DNA of 63,254 nucleotides, the filler included, from Lenisia limosa (Eukaryota > Protista > Breviatea): assembly GCA_001655205.1 (NCBI GenBank). It is 14 parts of 14 records of this genome, joined end to end, with 100 filler letters (N's around TTAATTAATTAA, not from the genome) between each part and the next. Parts side by side here need not be neighbours in the genome. Positions count along the whole stretch, not along the records: positions 36,353 to 39,349 come from LPNZ01004101.1; positions 39,450 to 43,863 come from LPNZ01002620.1; positions 43,964 to 47,479 come from LPNZ01006549.1; positions 47,580 to 51,548 come from LPNZ01004890.1; 10 more parts are not named here. The stretch is one strand, 5' to 3'. Positions within the stretch are counted from its first letter, which is position 1. Each line of letters begins with the position of its first letter. This document shows, piece after piece, positions 36,356 to 48,595 of this stretch. Under the pieces are notes generated by a model, which made no database searches, was not told the DNA's origin, and saw only the letters and a list, made by a program, of their open reading frames with translations. Position numbers and translations under genes: made by a program.

Positions 36356-39160
36356 GGATTCCTGTTCCTCAAGCCCTCTGTTCAGACTCTTCCTGGCAAT
36401 CCTCGTGGGGAGGAGTATGATGATTATTGCTAGGGTCGAGATGATGGAGTACAAAGGGACAATTTATGGAACATAAAAACGTGGAACAACTCTGTTGGCG
36501 ATGATGAGGAGGAAGGGTGCCCCGTGCAGTTTTTTTTTTTTTTTGAATGCTATTACTTGAAAAGAAAGTTGTCTGAAAAGGAGGATTGTAATGTGACCGA
36601 CTTCAAAACATTATAATCTCAATTTTAACGTTTTTTTTTGAGAAAATGACTTCGTAGCTGAACCTCCAAGTGATGTTGTTCGTGTTGCATCCGAATCGGA
36701 AATCCCCCGCATCGTAAGGGGGAAATGCAAGGGACAGTAGAGAAACCAAATTGATTATTCATAATAATATATTATATGATCATGATATACTATACTCTAT
36801 GGAAGATAATGCCATATGATTATACTTAAAAATTATAAATAATTACATGATTGGGCGTGTAATCTCAGAGCTGATTGAGGGCTTTTTTTTCATACAATAT
36901 ATTTATCGTCACAATATTCTTCATGGATATTCCTTCGTTTTACAGTACCTTTACGCCATATTCTTCATCGAAATGTCCTTCATTTACCACCCCCCAGTCC
37001 ACTCCGCCGCCTTCCTCTGACCCCGACTGCCTCACCTCTGTCGCACATCCGGAATTGGCCAAGGTGGGGGGGGGGGATAGAGATAATTGGTTGAATTTAG
37101 GGCTTCCCTACGTCCCAAAAAGACTGAATTTCCCGATAAATCTTCGATAAATATCGATATTTTTTAACGGTCTTTTCGGCATTGAAATTTTGGTCTTTTT
37201 TTTTTTTATTTCATANNNNNNNNNNNNNNNNNNNNNNNNNNNNNNNNNNNNNNNNNNNNGCATTTCCCAAGCCCCTCAATTATCGCTAAACAAACGTCCT
37301 CTAGGTTTTCGAGTCAAAGAAACTAGTCAACTACTCCGATGAGGCATCCCTCTCCGATCTTTTCTTAATTGAGGTACGTTCCGCCTGTCCTCAATGCCCT
37401 TTTGCCTACTTACCCACACCCTCGTCTGAGCTTAAAGCGTAAATTTGCTTTTTGAGTTGATTTTGGGCTCTTTTTTTTTGTTTCATAAATTTTCCAATTT
37501 AAATCCCCCAGTCCGAACTTCAACGTATGGACAGCGCTGTGAGTGATCTTCGCGAATCAGCTGCACGTGCAATTTCCGTCTCCGCTACTACCTGGATGAA
37601 GGCCGCCAACAACACTAGAGTGTGACGTCCTGGCCTTTTTCCTCCTTCATATTGGTTGATTTTGGACTTTGTTTGTTTCAATCATCCATTTTACTCCCCC
37701 CCCCCCTATTGCTTGTTTTTTGTTTGTTTAGAGTTTCAGATTATTCGTTTTGTGATTAGTACCTTTACGGTAATATTCTTCATCGAAATTTCCTTCGTTT
37801 TACTCCCCAGCCGCTTGAACCCCGGGNNNNNNNNNNNNNNNNNNNNNNNNNNNNNNNNNNNNNNNNNNNNNNNNNNNNNNNNNNNNNNNNNNNNNNNNNN
37901 NNNNNNNNNNNNNNNNNNNAAACAAATCGGCTCAAATAGCAAGATGACCATCACCGACTTCCCTGTAGCTGTCCCTGAGTACCAGGGCTACCTAGCTAAG
38001 CAAGGTTTGTTTATGATATATGATGTGTGTATTTTAAGCCATAATTGATTACTATTCATACTAATATATGATATATGATATAATAATATGATAATAAATA
38101 GATATCAGACATAGGTGGGGGTGGAAAACCCTGACAGGGGAAACCTCGACAATTTCTCAAACAGAAGGCATTCAATGGCAGTTGCCGAAAAAAGTTTTGG
38201 AAACCACTCGGATGATCAAATTTTAGACAGTATAATTTTCCATTTTGAGATTTTCTTGCCTGAAGGTCAATATTGGACTCAAGGTATTACTTTAAAAGTC
38301 GATTTTTTGAGGGTTTAGGTACATTTTGCCCACTTAAACCTACTTTTGACATGTTATTTGGATTTGCAGACCCCGAAAACCTATAGTTTCATGCACTTTT
38401 CGTCAAACAATATAATGGTAGCCTTGAGTTATAATCACTTTATTTCAAAATTTGACTGAAATCAAGCAAAATTTCAGTCAATCCTCAGAGTGGTTTCCAA
38501 AACTTTTTTCGATAACTGCCATTGAATGCCTTCTGTTTGAGCAACTGTCGAGGTTTTCCATCCCCACCTATAATAAGAGTGATTGGATTAGATGCTGCAG
38601 AAGCGACTGGCTTGGGCTTTGTTTATTGTTTTCACCTTGTGTGTTGTCAGCCAACAGAGTTGATTAGGGCTTTTGTTTTGTTTCGTAATTTCTCCAATTT
38701 TACCCCCCCCCCCTCGNNNNNNNNNNNNNNNNNNNNNNNNNNNNNNNNNNNNNNNNNNNNNNNNNNNAACCACGGCTACCTCTACTACTACGCTGAAAAG
38801 CAGATGATGTTCCCTAAAGGTGTCATACCTCTTCATGACGCTTCGCTGAGAGTCGAGGTGGAACATACCGTTTGGGGGGAAATGGAGGGGACGGTGCAAT
38901 GTGTTTGTATTTTACTATTTTGGTGTTACCTCTATGACTCCTTCACTCACACCCACAACCATATTTTATTGAGCCAACTTAGTTTCTTTTGATTATTGTT
39001 TTCATAAATTTTCCATTTTTACTCCATAACCGGTCATTAACTCTAACAGCGCTATGACCGTGAGTTCTGTTTCGAGCTTCAAACTAAGAAGGGACGTGTT
39101 TTCCCCCTGGTTGCTGAGGACTTCACGTCCTTTGAGAAATGGACCGCTATTATTGACACT
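36356..39160 (+). CDS. PH-domain protein (internal fragment)
   Basis: PEYQGYLAKQG|..GYLYYYAEKQMMFPKGVIPLHDASLRVE|RYDREFCFELQTKKGRVFPLVAEDFTSFEKWTAIIDT is a complete PH pattern, preceded by several in-phase exons. Confidence 0.85.
37450..37511 (+). repeat. Dispersed repeat family A forming the intron 3' end (other copies at 3586, 26047, 34576, 35234, 38590, 40170, 47580, 50355, 51030, 59690)
   Basis: Consensus ...AGAGTTGATTTTGGGCTCTTTTTTTTGTTTCATAAATTTTCCAATTTTACTCCCC followed within a few nt by the acceptor AG. Confidence 0.85.
37755..37810 (+). repeat. Dispersed repeat family B forming the intron 3' end (other copies at 34017, 36935, 45100, 46538, 59573)
   Basis: Consensus GATTAGTACCTTTACGCCAATATTCTTCATCGAAATTTCCTTCGTTTTACTCCCC followed by the acceptor AG. 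Confidence 0.85.
38114..38568. mobile_element. ~455-bp non-autonomous DNA transposon with ~90-bp TIRs and TA target-site duplication (Tc1/mariner-like)
   Basis: TA-GGTGGGGGTGGAAAAC...CTCAAACAGAAGGCATTCAATGGCAGTT.CCGAAAAAAGTTTTGGAAACCACTC is inverted at the right end (...GTTTTCCATCCCCACC-TA). It lies in an intron of the PH gene. Confidence 0.88.
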
Positions 39161-39524
39161 GTAAGAGGAACAAAAGAGAATTTTTTTTAATTTTTTTTAT
39201 GAAAAATCCGTATTTCTTCTGGGCACAAGATAGTTTCAAAAATATCCGTATTTCTTGTGGGCACAAGATATTTTCAAAATTTTCTTTTTTCAGGGAACAA
39301 GCGTCCTTTACCCCATCATATCTTCTCTCTCCACCCCCCCCCTCCCCCTNNNNNNNNNNNNNNNNNNNNNNNNNNNNNNNNNNNNNNNNNNNNTTAATTA
39401 ATTAANNNNNNNNNNNNNNNNNNNNNNNNNNNNNNNNNNNNNNNNNNNNACAGAACAATTATATTATAGTCACAGAGAAAAACAAATTGAACCCAAGAAA
39501 TTGAACTCACCGTTTTCTCATTTA

Positions 39525-41984
39525 GAGTCACTGGAGTCGGCGAGGGAAATGATCACTCTTTTCGAGACTCCTCAGATAACTATTGTTCAAAACGCCACAC
39601 TCTCCAGCTCCGAAACCAAGAGTCTCTGGGATGTCAGGTCTGGGGGAGTGAGGGTAATTGTTGTATCAGCTGTGTATGTTTGGAGGGGTGTAATTAGGGC
39701 TTCACTTCGATTCGAAAAAGACCGGTAAAATATCGATAGTTTTCGAGGATTTATCGAGAATTTCAGTAATTTTTCGAACCGAAGTGAAGCCAAGGTATAA
39801 TTTTAAAATTTAATGTGGGGTATTCATCTTTTAGTAATGAAGTCTACTTCCACAGTAGCATCTTCCTCTCTGGTCTAAAACAGCTGCAATCCCAACAAAT
39901 ATCCTATGAAGAAATCGATAAAAAGACAGACTTGATGATGTGAGTGGGTGGCAGGCTTTCTTGAGCGAATAGTAAACTGATGAAATATAATTAAACTAGG
40001 GTTCCGTGCATGATTCTCCCCTCTATTTCGTTATTTTTTAGCATATGCGTTCTCTGATTTGAAATAAGACCACTCCCCTCCTTCCCCCTCCTTCACTCCC
40101 CGCCCCTCCTTCCAATTTTACTCCTCATTCGTGCTTTTATTTTGTTTCATAAATTTTCCCGTCTTACTGGAGTGATGGGATACTGTAGAAGCAACAGAGT
40201 TGATTTTAGCCTCTTTTTTTGTTTGTTTCATCCATTTTTCAATTTGACTCCCCATAGGGCGGCGCAGTATCTCCTCTCCAATTCTGACTCCGTCAAAGCC
40301 GCGTTTGAACGAAGCGGTTCGCACTCTCTCGAGGAATTTTACCAGTGTTTTTTTTCTGACGGACTATTTATCCTCAATTTTTTCTTGATTTCACCCGTCT
40401 TATTTGGAAGTTATTAAAACCGAATGTACAATTCTCTCACACACCCAACTTCTCACACAGCCCAGTAATTCCCTCACACTCACAGCAATTCTCTATCGCG
40501 ATATTGCAATCGAAGTGTTGAACGGGCAGGTTGACCGGACAGTTCTACTTCATATCGTGTTCCTAGCTTTCGCGGTGGGTGGTAATTAGCCAGTAGCTTC
40601 TGCAATGATAAAGGTTTTGATCTCAAAATTAGCAGCATCATCAGCTTCCCATTATTATAACAGGGCTTCCCTTCTGTCTGAAATAGACCTGGTATAGAAT
40701 AGATATTTATTGATGATTTGTCGAGAAATTCAGTGTTCTCTGTGACCGCAGTAAAGCACTGGTGCTGGGATCTTTTCTAAGTTTGGGCTTCGCTTTAGTC
40801 TAGAAAATGCTGATTTTCTTGATAAATCATCGATAATATTTCGATAGTTTACCGATATTCTTCAGACGGCACTGAGGATCTAGTCCTAAACACCCTGACC
40901 ACTATCTGGCTATATTTGAGAATAATGAATTGTCTTGACCGATTTGCTTTGCCTATCAAAACCGGTCAAGACTTACCGTGACCATTGTAAAATGAAATGA
41001 AAAACGTAATCATGGAACCAGAGCTGAAATCATCTCAAGCTGACAATATAGATGATTCTGGTAATCGGGATTCTTATCNNNNNNNNNNNNNNNNNNNNNN
41101 NNNNNNNNNNNNNNNNNNNNNNNNNNNNNNNNNNNNNNNNNNNNNNNNNNNNNNNNNNNNNNNNNNNNNNNNNNNNNNNNNNNNNNNNNNNNNNNNNNNN
41201 NNNNNNNNNNNNNNNNNNNNNNNNNNNNNNNNNNNNNNNNNNNNNNNNNNNNNNNNNNNNNNNNNNNNNNNNNNNNNNNNNNNNNNNNNNNNNNNNNNNN
41301 NNNNNNNNNNNNNNNNNNNNNNNNNNNNNNNNNNNNNNNNNNNNNTAACAGCTCTTATCACTCTCCTTCCTGCTCCCTATTTTTACTTTTGTCTGATCTG
41401 TGAAACAGAGCCGTGATCAGCCTCATTCACCATGACATTCAACAGTCGGACGAATTCCAAGAAAATGACTCGGGCACTGACTCGGGTACCCGGGGATATA
41501 TTCAAGGAGGGGTGCCCTTAGGGGTAGTTGTTGGTGGCAGGGGTGGGGGGTATACAGGGGCTCTTCTTAAATAGGTGACCGACCATACATGAACGCGAAA
41601 ACTTTTTCAATTTTCGATACAGAGGGCGGAGGGGAGGGGTGCAACAATTCAGGGGTTCTTGTACATATAATACAATTGTTTTGGGGATTTATCGAGACAT
41701 TCTTTTATGAACCGAATAACTATAGCAAAACCTGTAAACCTGCAAAGGTACACAAAAAGTCCAGCTCAGCTTGATCTTTGCATTGGCAAGTATCCACTTA
41801 AGCTCAAATAATAATTATTTTAGATGCATCTCAACGCCGCTCGAAACAGTCCGTCAAAGAGTGGGCAAAAATCACTGTCGTCCCACCGTCGAAGTTCTCC
41901 ATCAAGCAAATGCTCATGTCTGGGGGCACTGGATTGAACAACTTGAAATTACCGTTTGCAGCACAATTCCTTCTTCAATTTTAA
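39525..41984 (+). CDS. Uncharacterised protein, 3' part
   Basis: Phase-compatible exons SLESAREMITLFETPQ...WDV|SNEVYFHSSIFLSGLK...|MAAQYLLSNSDSVKAAFERSG...|HNSLSRYCNRSVERA|VASAMIKVL..., last exon DASQRRSKQSVKEWAK...LPFAAQFLLQF*. Confidence 0.6.
39697..39791. mobile_element. MITE family M1 subtype A
   Basis: TA-GGGCTTCACTTCGATTCGAAAAAG...TTTTTCGAACCGAAGTGAAGCC. Confidence 0.85.
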
Positions 41985-43482
41985 CAATCCTTTACATATC
42001 ATATGTTATTTTTTGGACTCCCCTCCCCACCAAGCAGCCAACTCCTTTAGCCCCCTCCTCGTTCATCGTAGCATTCCTTATCATTTGTTCACACTACAAA
42101 TTATTTCTTCAATTGTAACATATATGTATGTATATATACATACATGTATAGAATACATGTGTATGATATATCATATATGAAATATATAATAATGATCTAT
42201 ATACATGTGTATGATAATATACATACATCATTAAAAATCCTCATCATTGTGAACATGGAAACTATTCTTTATCGTTAACATTCATCAGCGTTTCCCTCTG
42301 TTTTCATTCTTCATTCCTGACATTATTCTCTGCTTTCCGTACACTCTTTTATTAACAATACTCAGATCATTCCTCATCATCGTGCTCTCTCTCAGCGTTA
42401 TTGTATCGGCGTTGATCCTTGGTCTCACCGAAATTGATAAACTGAAACACTTTGGATCTACCATTGTTTACGCGGCTTTTCGAGAGGAAAAGTTCTTTGA
42501 GGTCAGTTTGAGATAGCACTCGCTTCTTTCCGAAAAAGACTGATAAAATATCGATAGTTTTCGAAGATTTATCGATACACTCAGTCTTTTTCGAACCGAA
42601 GTGTATCTCCTGCATTTTTTTGAGGAAAACAGTTGACCAACATTTTTGAAGTTTCTGAAAGAGAGTTTTGATTTTTATTTTCAATAAAATACAAAAGCTA
42701 GCTTTCAGATAATCAATTCATGATAGCAGCTTTGCTGTAACTTCTAACTTCTAACTTCTCAGCAATAATCGTCTAACTTCTCAATTATTCTCCCACTTCA
42801 GCAAATATCTAGAACTTTTTAACTATATTCCTTCTTCAAAATATATCCAACTTCTCTTCAACAATTCCTTCTTCAGTAATTTTCTAACTACAACAAATTT
42901 CTACAACAACTTCGACAAATGTCTAATCAAAGATTTATCCAACTTCTCCGTGATATCTTACTTGAAGTAGATGGCATTCAGTGCTAATGAACTCCTTATT
43001 TCAAATTCGGCCTATAGAACTGCCGTATTTCCCCCCGATTTGGTAAGCTCATTTTTTGGATAATATGACATCAGATTTAATTTTTCTAAGGGGATTCGAA
43101 AGTATACATTAGAATCTCTTGATTTACGTTGTTGCTCCAACTTTTTTTGGCAGTTCACTCTTTAGATTCTTGAGCAGTATCATCATAGTCATTCGAGCTT
43201 CTACGAATGTAGGAGCTTCACAGAGGAATAAAAACCTCGTTGTTTTGAACTTTTCAAACTCTTTGTTTGAATCTGTTTCCGTTTTACTCCTTCTCCTTTC
43301 TAATGTGAAGCGACTTACCAAGGCTTTTTTTTTGTTTTGCTGTTTTCAATCCTGCTATATTTCTTAAATATTAAACCAGCACAATATGTTCGTTTCATAA
43401 CGTTGCCATTTTTACTCTAGCTCATTCTTTAGACCACAATGCCCTCGTTGAAGGAATTAAAGGTTTGTAAGAATTAAAGAAG

Positions 43483-43697
43483 TCTCTTACAAGCGGGATG
43501 GTATGGACGAATTATTATTATCTCTCTTACAAGCGTGATGGTATGGACGAATAATTATTATATCTCTTACAAGCGTGATGGTATGGACGAATTATTATTA
43601 TATCTCTTTCAAACGTGATAGTATGAACGAATAATTATTATATCTCTAACAAACGTGATGGTATGGACGATTTATTATTATATATCTTACAAGATGG
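43483..43697. repeat. 40-bp tandem array x ~5.4, derived from repeat family C
   Basis: Unit TCTCTTACAAGCGTGATGGTATGGACGAATTATTATTATA; its first ~28 nt match family C (TCTCTTATAAGCGTGATGGTGTGGACG). Confidence 0.88.
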
Positions 43698-43698
43698 G

Positions 43699-43863
43699 GT
43701 TATCGAGGGTTTATCGAGGATTTATCGAGGGTTTATCGAGGATTTATCGAGGGTTTATAGAGGATTTATCGAGGGTTTATCGAGGGTTTATCGAGGGTTT
43801 ATAGAGGATTTATCGAGGGTTTATCGAGGATTTATCGAGGGTTTATAGAGGATTTATCGAGGG
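43699..43863. repeat. 11-bp tandem array x ~15, matching the M1 MITE core
   Basis: Unit TTTAT(C/A)GAGG(G/A); the M1 core reads TTTTCGAGGATTTATCGAG. Confidence 0.9.
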
Positions 43864-44253
43864 NNNNNNNNNNNNNNNNNNNNNNNNNNNNNNNNNNNNN
43901 NNNNNNNTTAATTAATTAANNNNNNNNNNNNNNNNNNNNNNNNNNNNNNNNNNNNNNNNNNNNGGGGGGGGGGGATGGGTGTGTCAATACTCTTTTCAGT
44001 ATCCCTTAAAATTATGATGGTACGATGATCTTCAATCAGAAAGTACTTTTTGATTTCTTCTCAATTCCACACCATCACGCTTATAAGAGATATTGGATTA
44101 TAGTAATACATTAATCCACCTAATTTGCTTTACAACTCTGTGCACACAGCTTTCTGCGTGCCTCCCATACTTCATAGTTATCGGATGCTACTTAATGGTG
44201 GTTATAGAATGCTGCTTAATGATGACTGTTTCATTCTGTGGCTGATGTTCCAG

Positions 44254-47200
44254 GCTGTGTGTGCCCTTGTCAGCATCCTCATGGCAGTCATCATGGGCTT
44301 CTCGTCCTCTTTCATTGTCGGACACCCCTTTAGCGCTATCGTAGGTTGATCTTGCCTTTTTTGGAAAGTGGTATCACTCTGACTTGCCTTTTTTGGAAGG
44401 CAGACAATTGTCTCACAATCCTCAGGGAGTCTTCCTTCCGCTTCTCATTCAAGGTGTCGGAGTTGATAACGCCTTCCTCATTATTGCCCCCTTCACGGCC
44501 ACTAAACGGTCCGATCCAATCCAAAAGCGCATGGGTGAAGCTCTTTCCGCTGCCTCCGTAAACACTCTCGCTGTGGCCCTGATCTCTATTGTTGGGGGTG
44601 TTCATTTCGTGTCCATTTTGCCCACTCTCTGATCAATGTCAGAAATTCACCTTTTTTTACCCCCCCACCCACCCCCAGATTGCCTTTTTAATTGGAGCGA
44701 CGTCGCAACTTGGAGCCATTCAGGGCTTCTGTATCCAGGTGCGCGGTACTCTATTTTCTGGATTGATTGCTTCGGCTTTGGGGATTATAAAAAATGTACC
44801 ACTTCCTATGTTCCCCCTCCAATATCTCTTATAAGCGTGATGGAGTGGACGGCTTCGGCCAAATACACCCTTATTTTTTATTTCTCAATGCTCATTGGCC
44901 CAGGCTGCCTTCTGTGTGTTCTATGCGTACCTGGCCATGTTTGTGGTATTCCCGTCCCTTCTGGTCCTTGACGAGCGTCGCGTTAACAAGGCCAAGTACG
45001 CCGGCTTTTCGTAATGTGTCTTTTGATTTAAAAAAGGACCAAGTTTGTCAATCACTGACCTTGATGGTATTGTAGTCTGTAGCAAGATTAGTCGGTTCGT
45101 AGTACCTTTACACCAATATTATTCACTCCCCTCAGGTCAGCCTGTTTGCCCTGTTGCATCAAGGTGAAGGAGCGTGATGATGATGGCGAAGAAGTTTCCG
45201 GCTTGGGCAAGTTCCTTGGCGGACCTTATGCAAGGTGGGGAGGGGGTCAATATACAGTGACCAGGAAATGTCTTGACAGATCTGCTCTGTGATTTCCCAA
45301 GAAAAATCTGTCAAGACTTACCCCGGTCACTGTACATGTATTACAAGTAGGGCTTCCTTACGGTCCCAAAAAAGACTGATTTTCTCGATAAACATCAATA
45401 TTTGACCGGTCTTTTTCCAGAAGCCCTAATTACAAGTGAACTTGTCGCTCTCGTATCTCATGATTCTCTCCTCACGACGTTAGATTCATCACCAAGAAGC
45501 CCATCGCAATCATTGTCGTGCTCCTCTTCCTCTGTAAGTGCTTGGAGAGATCCTTTTCTTGTTGTCGAACGAACCTACACCCCCACCACGGCCATAACCT
45601 ACACCCCCACCACGGCCATGACGTTGACCATACAGGCACCTGTGGTCTTGGCATCTGGGCTATCCAAACCGTAGACATCGGCCTCAACTTCAATGATTTT
45701 ATGTGGGCGGGGGTCAGTTTTAATGACTTTATGTGGGCGGGGAGGGGGGGGTAATGATTAGGGGTTCCCTACGGTCTGAAAAAAACTGACTATTTCGATA
45801 AATCCTCGATAACTATCGATATTTGACCAGTTTTTTTTTCTGACCGCGGGGAAGCTCTATGGGTCACAGGGGGGGGGGNNNNNNNNNNNNNNNNNNNNNN
45901 NNNNNNNNNNNNNNNNNNNNNNNNNNNNNNNNNNNNNNNNNNNNNNNNNNNNNNNNNNNNNNNNNNNNNNNNNNNNNNNNNNNNNNNNNNNNNNNNNNNN
46001 NNNNNNNNNNNNNNNNNNNNNNNNGTCCCGAAGGCAACGCGCGCATCCCTTACAATGACCACATTTCTGAGAAGTACAGCTCCCTGGGTACCGAAGTCAG
46101 CATTGTATTTATGGAGATGGACTATTCCGACAAAGCCATCCAGGTGGGCCGCTGAGGGCTTTGGTAAAGCTTCACTTAGGTTCGAAAAAAACCAGTGAAA
46201 TATCGATAGTTTTTGAGGTTTTATCGATAAATGCAGTCTTTTTTAGAACCAAAGTGAAGCCCAAATATTACAAGTCAAATCGAACAAGTATACTCCTTCA
46301 TTGGCTGTTAACTTGATAATAATCATGCGCTTTGTTCATTGTTGAATAAACTAGCCATCCCTCCCGGTTTTTAGTGGTGGGACTCTTCTTAGGCTGGTTT
46401 TTGGATTTTTGTTTTCCTGCTTTTGAACCTNNNNNNNNNNNNNNNNNNNNNNNNNNNNNNNNNNNNNNNNNNNNNNNNNNNNNNNNNNNNNNNNNNNNNN
46501 NNNNNNNNNNNNNNNNNNNNNNNNNNNNNNNNNTTCTTGATTAGTACCTTTACGCCAATATTCTTCATCGAAATTTCCTTCGTTTTACCCCCCTCCCCAC
46601 TCTAGGACGCTTGTCTTGACCTGCTCTCTCGTGTCCAGGCTTTGGACGTGGTGTCTGCTGGCTCGGTCGAAGGCTGGCTATATGAGTTTAGGTGGGGTAA
46701 AGGCAAAAAAAAAATGTACAACACTGTTGCTGTTTTGAAATAAAGATTTGATGTTAGAAGTTGAGATCATTCCACGGTTCATGATAGGGATGACATTGGA
46801 CTGTTATAATTCCCATTGCAGAACCTGGGTATCTACCCCCGCCAACGGCCACGCTACAGACCTCAACACCAACAAATACCCCAGGACCAAGGCCGAGTTC
46901 TACACTGCTCTAACAGCGTGGCTCGCCACTTCAGAAGCTGGTAAGCATTGTGTCATCAAGGTGCTTTCTCCTTTCAACCAGCAACCTTTATCTTGTGGCT
47001 TCTCTTCCACATTAATGTTTTTGTTCATATGGTACATTTTACATATAACAGTGACTGGAAAAAATCTAGGCCTTCGACCTTTAAAATATCGATATTTGTC
47101 GAGGATTTATAGAGAAATTTCGTCTTTTTTGGGACCGTAGGAGCCCTCTCATTATCAACATAAGTGCTTTCTCCCTTCTCAACCTATCAACCTTCGTCCT

Positions 47201-47448
47201 ATGGCTCCTTTACATGAATGTTTTTGATCATATAATACATACATATAATGATGACCGGGAAAGCCTTGCCTCAACAAAAACGGTAAAGACTTACCCCGGT
47301 CACTCTGAATATATTGCATCATATTCTTAACCCTCAGCGGCCTATATTCCGGAGGTGTACTACAAGGAAGGAAGCACTGACGTTATTTTGACGTCGAGAA
47401 TGGACGCTCGCCAGATCAACCTCGGGTCTACCTCTGATGAAATTGATG
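44254..47448 (+). CDS. Patched/NPC1-family sterol-sensing-domain (RND) membrane protein, internal fragment
   Basis: FLPLLIQGVGVDNAFLII...KRMGEALSAAS...|IAFLIGATSQLGAIQGFCIQ|AAFCVFYAYLAMFVVFPSLLVLDERR, then a TM helix (PIAIIVVLLFL|GTCGLGIWAI..DIGLNFNDF) and a luminal loop. Confidence 0.88.
45255..45332. mobile_element. 78-bp MITE (family M3) with CAGTG termini and TA TSD; degenerate copies at about 40935-40985 and 47250-47305
   Basis: TA-CAGTGACCAGGAAATGTCTTGACAGAT...ATCTGTCAAGACTTACCCCGGTCACTG-TA. Confidence 0.85.
45761..45857. mobile_element. MITE family M1 subtype B
   Basis: GGGGTTCCCTACGGTCTGAAAAAAAC...TTTTTTCTGACCGCGGGGAAGCTC. Confidence 0.8.
46167..46262. mobile_element. MITE family M1 subtype A
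   Basis: AAGCTTCACTTAGGTTCGAAAAAA...TTTTTAGAACCAAAGTGAAGCCC. Confidence 0.8.
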
Positions 47449-48096
47449 GTGAGGGGGTCAACCTCTAATGAAATGATGGNNNNNNNNNNNNNNNNNNNNN
47501 NNNNNNNNNNNNNNNNNNNNNNNTTAATTAATTAANNNNNNNNNNNNNNNNNNNNNNNNNNNNNNNNNNNNNNNNNNNNAACACATGAGGGTTGATTACA
47601 GCAAAACAAACAAAACCCAGGCAAGTCGCTTCTGCTGCACCACATCCCATCTAAAATTGGAGAATATATGAAATAAAAAAAAAGACCCAAAATCAACTCT
47701 GATGGCTAGCATTTGGTGGAAAAAATTGGAGTTGGGATTCTTAAGCTCCTGGAATAAGTAGTTCTGCTTCGCCAGATTTTAATACGCGATATGATAGAAA
47801 TGATAAAATGCGGCTACGCACTTAACAATATTATCAAACAGACATAACCTTTCGATATTTCTAATCAGGTTTTGAATAGATGATTTCAAATCTTGAACTG
47901 AATTTTTATCAAGGGGAAAGGCAATCGTGGCGGTTTATAATATTCAGAGGTTATTGTACGGAGAAGTCCGCCTTGGTGAAAGATATTCCAGGTTAAACCC
48001 AAAAAAACGTCTACTCAATCAAACACGCTTCCCTATTGCCTTACAACATGATAGAAACTAACGGCAGTTCGAAAGATCGTTACCCAGCCCTCGCAC

Positions 48097-48499
48097 CTTG
48101 GCGTTTATACGGTCGGCTAGGGGCTTGTTTGCGTTAGGATCCACCACTTCAGCCTGTTCAGGAGGAAGTTCGTTATTGCCCGAGGTCATAACAAGGCCGC
48201 CTTGGCCTGACTTAGCTCCAGCAACTGGCGAGTTTGCTATTCCCTTGTTTGAAGACGACGGGAAGGCTGAGTCGTCAAGGTTGTCGAAGTCGATGTTATA
48301 AGCGCCTTTGGACGGCATAGGGGGTGAGGCATTGCCGCGAGAAGGCCTTCCTTGGATCGGAGGAGAGGAGGGAGCAGGCTCCATTGCTGACGCTCCGTGG
48401 GGTCTTCGCCAATCCGCTCTTCGAGATAAAAGTCAGCAATCCTCTTATAGTTATCGGATTCAACAAGCAAAAGAGCATGGAATTGAAAACTTACGACAT
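48097..48499 (-). CDS. TACC-like (transforming acidic coiled-coil) protein, N-terminal part
   Basis: Likely MS|ADWRRPHGASAMEPAPSSPP...PSKGAYNIDFDNLDDSAFPSSSNKGIANSP. The segment resembles the TACC Ser/Pro-rich repeat (KGSYNFDPDNFD....F.S...MQNSP). The TACC coiled coil is not in the window. Confidence 0.5.
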
Positions 48500-48595
48500 A
48501 ACGGACAAACCCGCCGGCGCACCTGAATAAAAAGTCAAAAAAAACACAATCAAACAATGAATCAGATTAATATAATATTCTTCAGCATTTCAAAA

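Noticed and set aside
43483-43697. Regularly spaced 40-bp repeats resembling a CRISPR array
   Set aside because: The units are head to tail with no unique spacers, derive from repeat family C, and no cas genes are present in this eukaryotic DNA.
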